Shown here one piece after another: positions 41,066 to 51,046 of a stretch of DNA of 64,000 bases. Positions within the stretch are counted from its first letter, which is position 1; the number at the start of each line of letters is the position of its first letter. A model generated the notes under the pieces. That model did not search any database and was not told where the DNA came from. It saw only the letters and a program-made list of their open reading frames with translations. Source of the stretch: an uncultured Thermoplasmata archaeon (GTDB taxonomy: Archaea; Thermoplasmatota; Thermoplasmata; Lutacidiplasmatales; UBA184); contig CAWEHV010000002.1 of the NCBI GenBank assembly GCA_963809035.1, positions 1,932,570 through 1,996,569 on the forward strand, read 5' to 3'. The translations under genes and the position numbers were made by a program.

Positions 41066-41974
41066 ATGGAGCTGGGAATCGTGGGCCTCGGGAAGATGGG
41101 CGGGAACATGACGGTGCGACTCGTCCAGGGCGGCCACAAGGTGGTGGGGTACGCCCGCACGCCCGCGGTGGTCGACGCGGTCGTGCAACAGGGCGCGACC
41201 GGGGCGAACTCGCTGGCCGACCTCGTCCGACAGCTGTCCGCCCCGCGTGTCGTGTGGCTCATGATCCCTTCCGGCGACCCGGTCGACCAGACCCTGGCCC
41301 AGCTCCACCCGTTGCTCTCCGCCGGCGACCTCATCGTGGACGGGGGAAACTCGTACTACCGCGACAGCCTGCGACGCTCCTCCCTCGTCACGAGCTGGGG
41401 ATTCCATTTCGTGGACGTCGGTACGAGCGGGGGGATCTGGGGTCTCAAGGAGGGGTACTCCATGATGGTCGGCGGGACGGCGGCCGACGTCGAGCGGATC
41501 CGTCCGATCCTCGAAACGCTCGCCCCCGGACCGAAGAAGGGTTGGGGTCACGTGGGGCCTGTCGGGTCCGGTCACTTCGTCAAGATGGTCCACAACGGGA
41601 TCGAGTACGGCCTCATGCAGGCGTATGCGGAGGGGTTCGCCGTGTTGCAGGCGAAGAGCGATTTCGCGCTCGACCTGCACCAGGTCGCTCAAGTGTGGCG
41701 GTACGGCAGCGTCGTCCGCTCCTGGTTGCTCGAGCTGACCGAGGACGCCCTGGCGGAGAACCCGACCCTGAAGGGGATCGGACCCTGGGTCGCGGACTCG
41801 GGGGAGGGTCGGTGGACGGTGACGGAGGCGATGGATCTCAACATCCCGGCGCCCATCATCACGCTCGCGCTCCAACAGCGCCTGCGCTCCCGCGAGACCG
41901 ACCCGTTCACAGAACGCCTCCTGGCGATGATGCGCAACAAGTTCGGCGGCCACGTAGTGAAGACGGAGCCCTAG
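41066..41974 (+). CDS. gnd: Decarboxylating 6-phosphogluconate dehydrogenase (short form)
   Basis: GLGKMG, DGGNS, DVGTSGG, GHFVKMVHNGIEYG, DSGEGRWT, MRNKFGGH; RBS GAGGAG. Confidence 0.95.
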   Translation: MELGIVGLGKMGGNMTVRLVQGGHKVVGYARTPAVVDAVVQQGATGANSLADLVRQLSAPRVVWLMIPSGDPVDQTLAQLHPLLSAGDLIVDGGNSYYRDSLRRSSLVTSWGFHFVDVGTSGGIWGLKEGYSMMVGGTAADVERIRPILETLAPGPKKGWGHVGPVGSGHFVKMVHNGIEYGLMQAYAEGFAVLQAKSDFALDLHQVAQVWRYGSVVRSWLLELTEDALAENPTLKGIGPWVADSGEGRWTVTEAMDLNIPAPIITLALQQRLRSRETDPFTERLLAMMRNKFGGHVVKTEP

Positions 41975-41976
41975 GC

Positions 41977-43434
41977 ATGGCCGGCCCCGCCGCCCAACCG
42001 CACGTATTCGTGGTCTTCGGCGCGACGGGGGACCTGATGCAGCGTAAGCTCCTCCCGGCGCTCTACCGCCTCCACGCGCAGGGTCGGCTCCCGGCCGGCA
42101 GCCTCATCCTCGGCGTGGCCCGGCACCCGCTGGACGACGGGACGTTCCGCGAAGCCTGCGCCAAGTCCCTGGCGGCCGAAACGGTAGGCCCTGAGACGGA
42201 AGTCCGCCCCTTCTGCGCGTCCTCCCTATTCTACTTCCGCCTGAGCGGAGAGGGCCCCACGGGCTACCCGGGCCTCCGGGCCCGGGTCGAACAGCTCGAA
42301 AAGGAGCACGGCCTCCCGGGGAACCGGATCTTCTACCTCGCCCTGCCCCTCGAAGCGTTCGCCACCGCCTTGCAGGGGTTGGGGGAGGCCGGGTTGAACC
42401 AAGCTCCGGGCTGGACCCGGGTCGTGATCGAAAAACCGTTCGGCCGGGACCTCCCCTCCGCGAAGGCCCTCAACGCCCTCGCGCACCGGTACTTCGGCGA
42501 GAAACAGATCTTCCGCATCGACCACTACCTGGGGAAGGAGACCGTCCAGAACCTGCTCGTCTTCCGACTCGCGAACGCCTTCGTGGAGTCCGACTGGAAC
42601 CGCGACCGAGTGGAGCAGGTCGAGATCACCGTCGCCGAGAGCCTCGGGGTCGAGGGGCGGGCCGGCTACTACGAATCCGCCGGCGCCCTCCGGGACATGG
42701 TCCAGAACCATGTCACGCAGATCTTCACGCTGATCGCGATGGAACCTCCCGCCCGTCGGAACGAGGATGACATCCGCGACGAGAAGGTGAAGGTGCTCCG
42801 CAGCACCCTGCCTATCCGGCCCGAGGACGTAGTTCGGGGGCAGTACCAGCGGGGGACGCTCGACGGAGCGGCCGTGCCCGGCTACCGGGAAGAACCGGGG
42901 GTCTCGCCCACCTCCACGACCGAGACCTACCTCGCCCTCCGTCTGCGGGTCGCTAATTGGCGCTGGGAGAACGTTCCGTTCTTCGTTCGAACGGGCAAGC
43001 GCCTCCCCGTGAAATCGAGCCGCGTGGTCGTGACGTTCAAGGCCCCGCCGGTGTCGTTCTTCCAGTCCGAGTCGGAGTACCACATGAACCCGGACCGGAT
43101 CACCATCCAGCTCCAGCCCGAGGAGGGTTTCGAGATCGCGTTCGAGATCAAGGTCCCCGGGCGGGAGATGCGCGTTCAGACCCACCGGATGGAGTTCCAC
43201 TACGCGGACGTCTTCGGCAAGCTGCCCGACGGCTACGATACGCTCGTCGAGGATGTGATGCTCGGGGACGCGAGCCTGTTCGTTCGGGCGGATGAGGTCG
43301 AGGAGTCCTGGCGCCTCTACGGACCGATCCTTTCCGCCCCCCCGCCGGTGGTCTTCTATCCCGCCGGCTCGGAGGGGCCGGACGAGGCCAAACGGCTCGC
43401 CGAGTCGTGGGGACACCGTTGGAGCACCGACTAG
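41977..43434 (+). CDS. zwf: Glucose-6-phosphate 1-dehydrogenase (bacterial/eukaryotic type)
   Basis: GATGDL, EKPFG, RIDHYLGKE, RDMVQNH, RWENVPFFVRTGK. Confidence 0.96.
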   Translation: MAGPAAQPHVFVVFGATGDLMQRKLLPALYRLHAQGRLPAGSLILGVARHPLDDGTFREACAKSLAAETVGPETEVRPFCASSLFYFRLSGEGPTGYPGLRARVEQLEKEHGLPGNRIFYLALPLEAFATALQGLGEAGLNQAPGWTRVVIEKPFGRDLPSAKALNALAHRYFGEKQIFRIDHYLGKETVQNLLVFRLANAFVESDWNRDRVEQVEITVAESLGVEGRAGYYESAGALRDMVQNHVTQIFTLIAMEPPARRNEDDIRDEKVKVLRSTLPIRPEDVVRGQYQRGTLDGAAVPGYREEPGVSPTSTTETYLALRLRVANWRWENVPFFVRTGKRLPVKSSRVVVTFKAPPVSFFQSESEYHMNPDRITIQLQPEEGFEIAFEIKVPGREMRVQTHRMEFHYADVFGKLPDGYDTLVEDVMLGDASLFVRADEVEESWRLYGPILSAPPPVVFYPAGSEGPDEAKRLAESWGHRWSTD

Positions 43435-44200
43435 CCCCGGAACTCCGGATCTACCCCAGCCTCTCCCGGGTGACATCCGCCGCCGCTCGCCACCTGCGCG
43501 CTCGGGCCGCCGAGTCCGTGCGCGCCCGGGGCCGATTCCTCTGGGTCCTCGCCGGCGGTCACACGCCCGAGAAGCTCTACCGCCGGCTCGCCGGACCGTC
43601 CGGGCATCGCTTCCCGTGGGATCGGACCGAGGTGTTCTTCGGGGACGAACGGTGCGTCTCCCCCGGAACCCCGAGAGCAACTATGCGATGGCACGGGAGT
43701 CGCTGCTCCGCCACGTGCCCATCGCCCCGCGTCGGGTCCACCGTCTGCGCGGGGAGCTCCGGCCCCCGTCGCGCGGCGCGACGGAGTACGCACGTCTTCT
43801 CGGTCCCCTCGCCGCCCATCGGGACTGGGACGACGCCTGGTTTGACGTGGTGCTGCTCGGGATCGGACCCGACGGACACACGGCCTCCCTGTTCCCCGGG
43901 GCCCCGACCCTCCGTGAACGCCGACGCACGGTCGTGGCGGTCCGCCGATCCGGACAACCTCCCTTCGTGCCTCGGCTGACCTTCACCCTCCCGGCGCTCG
44001 CCTCGTCGCGCGAGGTCGTTTTCCTCGCGTCGGGGGTGGAGAAGGCGGCCGCGGTGGCCGGCGTCTTCCGGTCGCTCCCATCGGGAAGTCCGAAGTGGCC
44101 CGCGAGCCTGGTTCGCTCGGCGGGCACTACGGTCTGGTTCCTCGACCGAGGCGCCGCGTCGGAGCTCCCGGAACCCCTTCGGGATGGCGCGGGAAGCTAG
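43419..44200 (+). CDS. pgl: 6-phosphogluconolactonase; frameshift in C-run 43660-43664
   Basis: LAGGHTP, GDERCV, ESNYAMA, LGIGPDGHTASLFP. Confidence 0.9.
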
Positions 44201-44976
44201 CGCGAGGCGCGGGACCTCGGCCGCCGGCGGGCCGTCGCCCTCCGGTGGGACGCGGGTTGGAAGACCTCGGGACCGGTCGCGGGGAACCCCGGCCAACCGG
44301 TCCCTCCCCAGAGCCGCACTCCGCCCACGATGGCCTCGCGATTGTCCCCCCGTCGGACTCCCGGCAGCATCCGGTCGAGCTTGCGGACGTTCCCTCCCCC
44401 CATCACCACTTCGTCCGGCAAGAGCGCTGCCTCCAGGAGATCGACCACCCGGTGGACCTCCTTCTGCCACTTCTTCCGACCGAGGCGCTGGAGGCTGGCC
44501 TCGCCCACGTACTCCTCGAACGTGTGGCCCTTCTTATACGGAAGGTGGGCGAGTTGCAGGGGCTGGAGCCGGCCCTCGACCATCATGGCAGAGCCGAGAC
44601 CGGTACCGAGTCCCAGGAAGAGCATGTGGCCGCCACGGTAGCTGCCCAACGCCTGCATCGCCGCATCGTTGACGATGCGGACGGGGCACCCGAACGCCGC
44701 CTCGAAATCGAATCCGACCCACCCCTCGCCGAGGTTGTGTGGTTCCTGCGCGATGCGGCCATGCACCACCACCCCGGGATAGCCCATGGCCACCGCGTCG
44801 TACCGCTCGCCCCGGAGAAGCTGGGAGAGCCCCCGGACCATTCGTCCGGGTGTCAAGCGCGGACCGGAGGGGATCCGACGCTCGCGGGCACTATCCGAAA
44901 ACGCCGCCTTGACGTGGCTCCCGCCGATGTCCAAGACCAGGACCCGTGAGGGGAACTCGTGTACGAGCGGAGCCAT
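44197..44976 (-). CDS. ROK-family (polyphosphate) glucokinase-like protein
   Basis: DIGGSHVK, NDAAMQALG, GLGTGLG, GGGN. Confidence 0.85.
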   Translation of the reverse strand: MAPLVHEFPSRVLVLDIGGSHVKAAFSDSARERRIPSGPRLTPGRMVRGLSQLLRGERYDAVAMGYPGVVVHGRIAQEPHNLGEGWVGFDFEAAFGCPVRIVNDAAMQALGSYRGGHMLFLGLGTGLGSAMMVEGRLQPLQLAHLPYKKGHTFEEYVGEASLQRLGRKKWQKEVHRVVDLLEAALLPDEVVMGGGNVRKLDRMLPGVRRGDNREAIVGGVRLWGGTGWPGFPATGPEVFQPASHRRATARRRPRSRASR

Positions 44977-45377
44977 GGTAGGACCCAATGCACGCACCGC
45001 GAGATTAAGCGTCGCGGCGACCGGCCGGGCGACGAAGGGCCGCCGGAGCCCCGTTCGGGCTCTGCGGGGACAACGCTCGAAAGTGCGTCACCCGCCTCAT
45101 CTGTAGCAGGAGGAACGAGCGGGCAGCGGAGCGCCGGCGAAGGAGGCGACCTCGATCCGGACCGCTCCAGCCTCCTCGAGCTCGGGAACCGCTGCCATCG
45201 GTGAAGGTCGAAGTTGCGGGGGTCCCTCCGACCGTGCCGCCCAGCTTGACGTACCCGCGAAGAGACAGAACGAACCCCGCATGATCCGGATAGGCCCGCA
45301 GTTCAAGAGGTAGGACCTCATTCTCCGAACTCTTCTTCAGGGAGGTTATAGGCGCCCGGAGCCGTGGGCGGGGCACC

Positions 45378-45965
45378 ATGACGGACCCGAGCGAAGGCGC
45401 GAAGGACGGACCGTTCCTACTCGACATCAAAGAGATCCGACGACGGGCCCGCGAGCACATCGAACGGGGGGCGGTCACCCCCGAGTATCGGTCCAATCGA
45501 ACCGAGGTGGTCCGTATCCTCAACGAGGCGCTGGCCACCGAGATCGTCTGCGTGCTCCGCTACAAACGCCATCAGTACATGGCCGCGGGGATCAACGCGA
45601 TATCGGTCGCGAATGAGTTCGCCCAACACGCCGCCGAGGAACAGGGTCACGCCGACCTGATCGCTGCCCGGATCACGCAGCTCGACGGGGAGCCCAATTT
45701 CAACCCCGAGGGGCTGGCCACCCGCGCCCACTCCGAGTACAAGGAAGGGAAGACGCTCGTCGACATGATCGAGGAAGACCTCATCGCCGAACGCATCGCG
45801 ATCGACACGTACTCCGAGATCATCCGCTATCTCGCCAATAACGACTCGACGACCCGGGTGATGATGGAGAAGATCCTCTCGATGGAAGAAGAACACGCCG
45901 AGGACATGAAGACGCTTCTCGGGAAGGTCGGGAAGGACGTGCGGCTCGCGGGCAAGCGCAATTAG
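45378..45965 (+). CDS. Ferritin-like protein (bacterioferritin/DPSL type)
   Basis: LNEALATEIVCVLRY, EEQGHA, AERIAI, EEEHA diiron ligands. Confidence 0.88.
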   Translation: MTDPSEGAKDGPFLLDIKEIRRRAREHIERGAVTPEYRSNRTEVVRILNEALATEIVCVLRYKRHQYMAAGINAISVANEFAQHAAEEQGHADLIAARITQLDGEPNFNPEGLATRAHSEYKEGKTLVDMIEEDLIAERIAIDTYSEIIRYLANNDSTTRVMMEKILSMEEEHAEDMKTLLGKVGKDVRLAGKRN

Positions 45966-45986
45966 TTCACCGCGTCGCGTTCCTTC

Positions 45987-46934
45987 CTAGTTGGGAGAGG
46001 CGGCCCGCCGGGAGGGGCCCGACCGGACCCCAAACGCGAACCGGAGGAACAGCAGGCTGCCTCCCCGCCGTACCCCGACGAGCGAGCCCCAAAGCGGGTG
46101 CTCGGGCGCGAACGTCCGGCCGGCGACCAGTCCAGGACGCGATCGACGGTTACGCCCGGCAATCTGAGGCGCCAATGTCAGAAACAGCTCGTCAAGACGT
46201 TTTTCCGCGAAGAACGACCCGATGAGGTGAGGGCCTCCTTCGACGAGCACCACGTCATAACGACCATGGGTTCGGACCGCGTTGAGAACCTCGGCCGCGC
46301 GCAGCCGGCCCGAGGCCCGGACGGCCACCACCTTTACGGAGGGGAGATCCGCGGCGGAGGCGAGGCGTCGGGATCCGACGGTCGTGGTCACGATCAAGAC
46401 CGGGACTTCCCCCCGGGAGAAAGTCGGTAGTCGCAGGTCGAGGCGACCGGTCGCCGTCACGACGACGGTCAATGGCGCCTTGGGCTTCCCCAACCGGTGA
46501 CGGAGGGCCCCGAATTCGGCCGCCATCGGCGGAAACACGTGCTCCGCGGTCCAGATATGGCGACGGACCGCGCGAAGTGTTCCGGCACCGATGATGACGG
46601 CGTCGGTGACCGCACGAAGGATCCCCATCAGCAGCCGGTCGTGGGGGTTGAATCCGGTGATCTCTGCGCCGGTCGACGCTCCCGGCGCGCTGAGAGATAC
46701 CACCCCGTCCAGGGTGGTGGCGAAGTTTCCGAGAACGTGGGCACGGGGCGATCCAGACGAAAGTCGCAGCGGCCCATACAGGTGCGACAGTGCGGGCGGT
46801 AACGGGAGAATCCGGCCCTTGGAACGGTCCAGCAGGAGTTCGAGCGCCGGAAGCGACCCGGGCACTCCCCTGCGCCTCGAACCCGGAGGTTGGGGGGCGG
46901 AAGTGCTTCCCACCTGCCCCACCCGCGCCATCAC
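45987..46934 (-). CDS. RibD C-terminal/DHFR-like reductase
   Basis: NFATTLDG, DAVIIGAGTLR, LVEGGP, DELFLTLAP. Confidence 0.85.
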   Translation of the reverse strand: MMARVGQVGSTSAPQPPGSRRRGVPGSLPALELLLDRSKGRILPLPPALSHLYGPLRLSSGSPRAHVLGNFATTLDGVVSLSAPGASTGAEITGFNPHDRLLMGILRAVTDAVIIGAGTLRAVRRHIWTAEHVFPPMAAEFGALRHRLGKPKAPLTVVVTATGRLDLRLPTFSRGEVPVLIVTTTVGSRRLASAADLPSVKVVAVRASGRLRAAEVLNAVRTHGRYDVVLVEGGPHLIGSFFAEKRLDELFLTLAPQIAGRNRRSRPGLVAGRTFAPEHPLWGSLVGVRRGGSLLFLRFAFGVRSGPSRRAASPN

Positions 46935-46983
46935 GAACTCCGGAGGAGACCGCTTCCCGTTGATTCGATCGATAACCGCGCCG

Positions 46984-47331
46984 TTAGAGCTCAGCTTGCG
47001 AGTGCGGGAACCGGGTGGGGGAGAACGAGATGGCTCCCTTCGGAACCATCCAGGTGAAGATCCGGAGCGCCAGGCGCCCGGCCCGCACCGCGGGGTCCTT
47101 CGCGAGCAAGGCGCGAACCTCCTCGGAGGGAAGGCGGCGGAGGCACAGCCCTCGGAACGACATCCCTGGCGGACTCACGAAAGGTCCTGCGGCCTCGAGA
47201 TCGCCCGCCTCATGGAGCGTCGCCAGGTAGGCCATGTGAGCGTCTTGCAGGGCATCGGCCACCGTCTCGTCGAGCTCCGGCGCGTCCGGTCGGGTCTCGA
47301 GCAGGGTCACCGTAAACGTGTCGAACTCCAT
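46984..47331 (-). CDS. YciI family protein
   Basis: AHMAYL...AAGP...DPAVRAG. Confidence 0.8.
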   Translation of the reverse strand: MEFDTFTVTLLETRPDAPELDETVADALQDAHMAYLATLHEAGDLEAAGPFVSPPGMSFRGLCLRRLPSEEVRALLAKDPAVRAGRLALRIFTWMVPKGAISFSPTRFPHSQAEL

Positions 47332-47464
47332 GCACCCCGTCAGCGAACCCCCAATTTCAGCTCGACGCTCCCGACCCTAGTCTTGCCACGGGACTGCTTT
47401 CCTAGGGCGGAAACCCTACGCTCTCCGGGTCGGATCCTGAACTCGCCGCCGGGTCGGATCGAGC

Positions 47465-47547
47465 TGCCGGGGCCAGGATTTGAACCTGGGTACTCCTGCG
47501 AGAGCAGATCTTGAGTCTGCCGCCTTTGGCCACTCGGCTACCCCGGC
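47465..47547 (-). tRNA. tRNA-Leu(CAA), no intron
   Basis: GCCGGGG/CCCCGGC acceptor, GCAGA-CTCAAGA-TCTGC anticodon arm, long variable arm, GGTTCAAATCC; TATA-like CATAAAG about 25 nt upstream. Confidence 0.96.
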
Positions 47548-47573
47548 GCACCGTTCCGAGGAGCGCCCCGCCT

Positions 47574-47984
47574 TTATGCGTCTTCCGAGCCGTCCTCTTC
47601 CGCGGGCCCTTCTTCCTCGTCGCTCACCGGACCCACCAAGGCCTCCTCTTCCCGGGGAGTCGACGACTCGAATCCTCCGGGGGGCGGGTCGCTGGTCCGA
47701 CCCGTCGTGATCGGAGTCCGCCGGGTCCGGCCGCAGGAGAGACAGGTCCTCACCCTCCGGGCTCCGCGGAGCCGAGTGCGCACCGTGCGACCTTCCACCC
47801 AGTACGCGGAACATCCCCGGCAATAGAGTTCCCGGTACTCTGCCGGCAGCCGAATGTTGTACCGGGTTCCAACCCGACGGGCGAGCTGGACGTACCGGTT
47901 CGCGAGCTTCGAGTCGAGGCGGGTCGCCTCCCGCTCCGCCAGGGCGAACAGGTCGGCGATCCGCTCGCGGGCGATCCGGACCAT
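47574..47984 (-). CDS. rnp4: RNase P protein Rpp21 (component 4)
   Basis: IARERIADLF, RYVQLARR, CRGC...CLSC; start may lie further upstream. Confidence 0.88.
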   Translation of the reverse strand: MVRIARERIADLFALAEREATRLDSKLANRYVQLARRVGTRYNIRLPAEYRELYCRGCSAYWVEGRTVRTRLRGARRVRTCLSCGRTRRTPITTGRTSDPPPGGFESSTPREEEALVGPVSDEEEGPAEEDGSEDA

Positions 47985-48019
47985 GGCCGAGGTCCGGCGC
48001 CCGCGCCGTCCCCCGCGTT

Positions 48020-48394
48020 TCAGGGACCCTGCGGTTGCTGGCATACGGGACAGTAGACCGCCGGTCGGGAGATCAGGGTCCCGCAACGGATGCAGTACTT
48101 TCCGTTGGGGGGAGCGGGAATGCGGGTCAGGTACATGCCCGGCACTCCCGGCGGGACCGTCGGAGGAGGCATGGGAATCGCATTCGGGGGAACGGAACTC
48201 TGCGGGGGAGGGCTGTATTGGGTGAGGGGAGGCGAGGCCGGAGGGGACGCGGGGGCGGTGCCGGAAAAGGGAGGGCTCGCTCGCGGAATCGCCGGGCTGG
48301 GATTCGCCTCCCCTTGGGGCAGGGTGAATCCGCACTTGGGGCAGAAGAGGGCTCCTTCGGGCGCGAGTTGACCGCAGTGGAGACAGACCGGCAC
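48020..48394 (-). CDS. Double zinc-ribbon protein with Pro-rich linker
   Basis: CLHC..CPKC and CIRC..CPVC separated by a P/S-rich linker. Confidence 0.75.
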   Translation of the reverse strand: MPVCLHCGQLAPEGALFCPKCGFTLPQGEANPSPAIPRASPPFSGTAPASPPASPPLTQYSPPPQSSVPPNAIPMPPPTVPPGVPGMYLTRIPAPPNGKYCIRCGTLISRPAVYCPVCQQPQGP

Positions 48395-48439
48395 GCCGGC
48401 AGCAAGGTATATGCGATATTTGACCGTCAGGGCTCTCCG

Positions 48440-49243
48440 TTGAGACCTCGGTCGGTAGCGCTCGTTACCCAGGACCCGGCTCTCTACGGGGAGCTCGCGG
48501 GTCTTCTGCGGGAGCGACGCTGGCCCGCCGTAAGCCTTCTCCCCGGGCAGCGGATTCCCGAGAGCGTCGCCGTCGTCCTCACGTCGCCCTCGGAAGCGGA
48601 GTTCATCCGCCACGACCGCGTCCTGACGGTCGCGCCGGACGGAGACCATCGGGCGCTCGGCGCCGCGGTCGAGCACGCCCTGGAATCCGGCGACCAGGAA
48701 ACCGAGGTCATCGTGGGGATCGACCCCGGCCCCCAGCCCGGGTACGCGGTCTGGGTCGGGTCCTCCTGCATCGGTGAGGGCAACCTAGAGTCCCCCGAGT
48801 CCGTGGCGCTGTTCGCGAGCCAGATCCACCACCGGTTCCCTTCTCGGCACGTCCTGTTCCGGGTCGGTGCCGGCGACCCCCCGGATCGGAATCGGATCGT
48901 CAACAAGTTGCTCGCTCACCACCGTTCAATCGAGGTGGTGGACGAGCACCGCACGACGCCCCGCGGGCACCGAAGGCCCCGAGACGCGGCGGCCGCCCGC
49001 TCGATCGCCCAGATCCGCGGGGACGCGATTTGGGAACGGATACCGCTCACCTTCACCCCGGGGGAGATCTCCAATCTCCAGCGGCTCAGCCGGGAGCATA
49101 GCGGAGGACGATTCACCATTTCCCGCTCCTCCGCCGCGCGCGTGCTGCGGGGCGAGGTCTCCCTCACCGAGGCGGTCGATGCAGCCGCACGTCCGTGCGA
49201 TGGCACTTCGCAGGGAGCCGAACGCGCGCCGGAACCCCTTTAA
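48440..49243 (+). CDS. Conserved archaeal protein with an RNase H-like GIDPG motif
   Basis: VIVGIDPGPQPGYAV, VDEHRTT, DAAAARSIA, IQ/LQRLSRExSGG. Confidence 0.7.
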   Translation: MRPRSVALVTQDPALYGELAGLLRERRWPAVSLLPGQRIPESVAVVLTSPSEAEFIRHDRVLTVAPDGDHRALGAAVEHALESGDQETEVIVGIDPGPQPGYAVWVGSSCIGEGNLESPESVALFASQIHHRFPSRHVLFRVGAGDPPDRNRIVNKLLAHHRSIEVVDEHRTTPRGHRRPRDAAAARSIAQIRGDAIWERIPLTFTPGEISNLQRLSREHSGGRFTISRSSAARVLRGEVSLTEAVDAAARPCDGTSQGAERAPEPL

Positions 49244-49266
49244 TCCCGTCGCCGCTCCTCGGGCCT

Positions 49267-50997
49267 GTGACGCTGGCCCCCGAGGTCCGGACCCGCGCCA
49301 TGCGGCTGGCGTTGGAGAACGCGGTCGCTCACTCCGGAGCCGCGCGGGTCGACCCGATCGTCGGGCGGCTCCTTGCGACCGACCCGGCTCTCCGCCCGCA
49401 CGCGGCGGAAGTCCGCGACGTAGTGTCGGAGGTCGTCGCCGAGGTCGTCGCGATCCCGGGCCCGGAGCTGGTCGACCGCCTCGCCGGTCTGGGGGGCGCG
49501 GAGACCGCTCGCGCGCGCGAGGCGCCCAGCACGGGCGGCGACTTTCCCGACCTCATCGGCGCCGTGCCGGGAAAGGTCGTCCTCCGGCTCGCGCCCTTTC
49601 CCAGCGGCGCGCTTCACATCGGCCACGGTCGGATGCTCTTCATCAACCAGTACTACCGCGAGAAGTATGGAGGAAAGATCCTCCTCGTCTTTGACGACAC
49701 GATCGGCTCGGAGGAGAAGCGGGTCGAGACCGAGTTCTTCGGCCTCATCGAGCAGGACCTCCAGGCGGCTGGCGTGCGGCCGGACGCCGTCTACTACAAG
49801 TCCGACCGGATCCCGAACTTCTATCCGTGGGCCCGACGAGTCATCGACCAGGGGGGCGCCTACGTTTGCACCTGCCCGGCAGAGCTGCTCCGCGAGAACC
49901 GGGCGCGGGGACTCGCGTGCGCTCACCGGACCCAGACCCACGACGAGACCGTGGAGGAGTGGGAGCGCATGCTCGCGAACGCCTACGGGCCGGGCGAGGC
50001 GGTCCTACGCCTCCGGACCGACCTCGCCGACCCGGACCCGGCGTTCCGGGACCGGGTGCTCCTTCGCATCAGCGACATCGACCACCCGCGCGTGGGAACC
50101 AAGTACCGCGTCTGGCCCATGCTCGAGTTCTCTTGGGCGGTCGACGACATCGAGCTCGGCATCACGCACGTCCTCCGTGGAAAAGACCTCGTCATCGAGG
50201 ACCGGATGCAACGGTACATCTGGGACCTGCTCGGGATCACCGGACCGCCGTTCCTCCACTGGGGGATCCTGCGGGTCCGCGAGGCCAAGGTCGCGAAGAG
50301 CAAGGCCTACCGCGAGGTCAAGTCGGGCCTGTACGACGGGTGGGCCGACCCTCGAACCTGGTCCCTCCGCTCCCTCGACCGCCGGGGGATCTCGATGGAC
50401 GCGATTCGAGCGTTCATCCTCTCCTTCGGCATGTCGCTCTCCGACATCGAGGTCCCGGCGGAGACGCTGTACGCCGAGAATCGGAAACGGATCGACGCGA
50501 CGACCGTGCGTCGCGCCTTCGTGGCCGACCCCGTCCGGCTGGTCGTCGACGAGTTTCCCGACGGATTGAGCTCGGTGGTGCTCTCCAACCATCCGGACCG
50601 ACCGGAGCTCGGCACGCGGACCGTTCCGACGGGACCCTCCTTCTTCCTGGCCCGGAAGGACCTCGTGGAACGGGCGGGGACCGAGGTCCGACTGAAGGAC
50701 CTCATCAACGTCGAGCTTCCCTTGGAGCCTCCGACGCCCGGCGGGACGATGCGCGCCCGGTTCACGAGCCGCGAGAACAAGCGGATCCCTCGCCTCCAGT
50801 GGGTGGGGGCCGAGGGAGCTCGACCGGTCGACCTCCTTGGCATCGAGGGGGAGCATTCCGCCGGGCTCGGCGAGTCGACCCTCGCCGACGCCCACCCCGG
50901 CGATATCCTCCAGTTCGAACGGGTAGGCTTCGTCCGGGTCGAGCGGGACTGGACCCCCGGAGCGAGCCCCCTGCGAGTGGTCTTCGGCCACCCGTGA
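49267..50997 (+). CDS. gltX: Glutamate-tRNA ligase (archaeal type)
   Basis: RLAPFPSGALHIGH, AYVCTC, THVLRGKD, GWADPRTW, QFERVGF. Confidence 0.95.
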   Translation: MTLAPEVRTRAMRLALENAVAHSGAARVDPIVGRLLATDPALRPHAAEVRDVVSEVVAEVVAIPGPELVDRLAGLGGAETARAREAPSTGGDFPDLIGAVPGKVVLRLAPFPSGALHIGHGRMLFINQYYREKYGGKILLVFDDTIGSEEKRVETEFFGLIEQDLQAAGVRPDAVYYKSDRIPNFYPWARRVIDQGGAYVCTCPAELLRENRARGLACAHRTQTHDETVEEWERMLANAYGPGEAVLRLRTDLADPDPAFRDRVLLRISDIDHPRVGTKYRVWPMLEFSWAVDDIELGITHVLRGKDLVIEDRMQRYIWDLLGITGPPFLHWGILRVREAKVAKSKAYREVKSGLYDGWADPRTWSLRSLDRRGISMDAIRAFILSFGMSLSDIEVPAETLYAENRKRIDATTVRRAFVADPVRLVVDEFPDGLSSVVLSNHPDRPELGTRTVPTGPSFFLARKDLVERAGTEVRLKDLINVELPLEPPTPGGTMRARFTSRENKRIPRLQWVGAEGARPVDLLGIEGEHSAGLGESTLADAHPGDILQFERVGFVRVERDWTPGASPLRVVFGHP

Positions 50998-51046
50998 ACC
51001 CGAAGCGAACCTTTAGGTGCGAGGGGTCGAATCCCGGTCCACTGCG

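Noticed and set aside
35680-44200. tkt, tal-pgi and pgl as pseudogenes or programmed frameshifts
   Set aside because: Each has one indel with otherwise intact motifs and no obvious slippery-heptamer signal; the same pattern affects unrelated genes such as etfB, so sequencing error is more likely
45010-45340. Gene or ncRNA in the gap between the ROK and ferritin genes
   Set aside because: No convincing ORF, repeat or recognisable RNA motif; it contains divergent TATA-like boxes only
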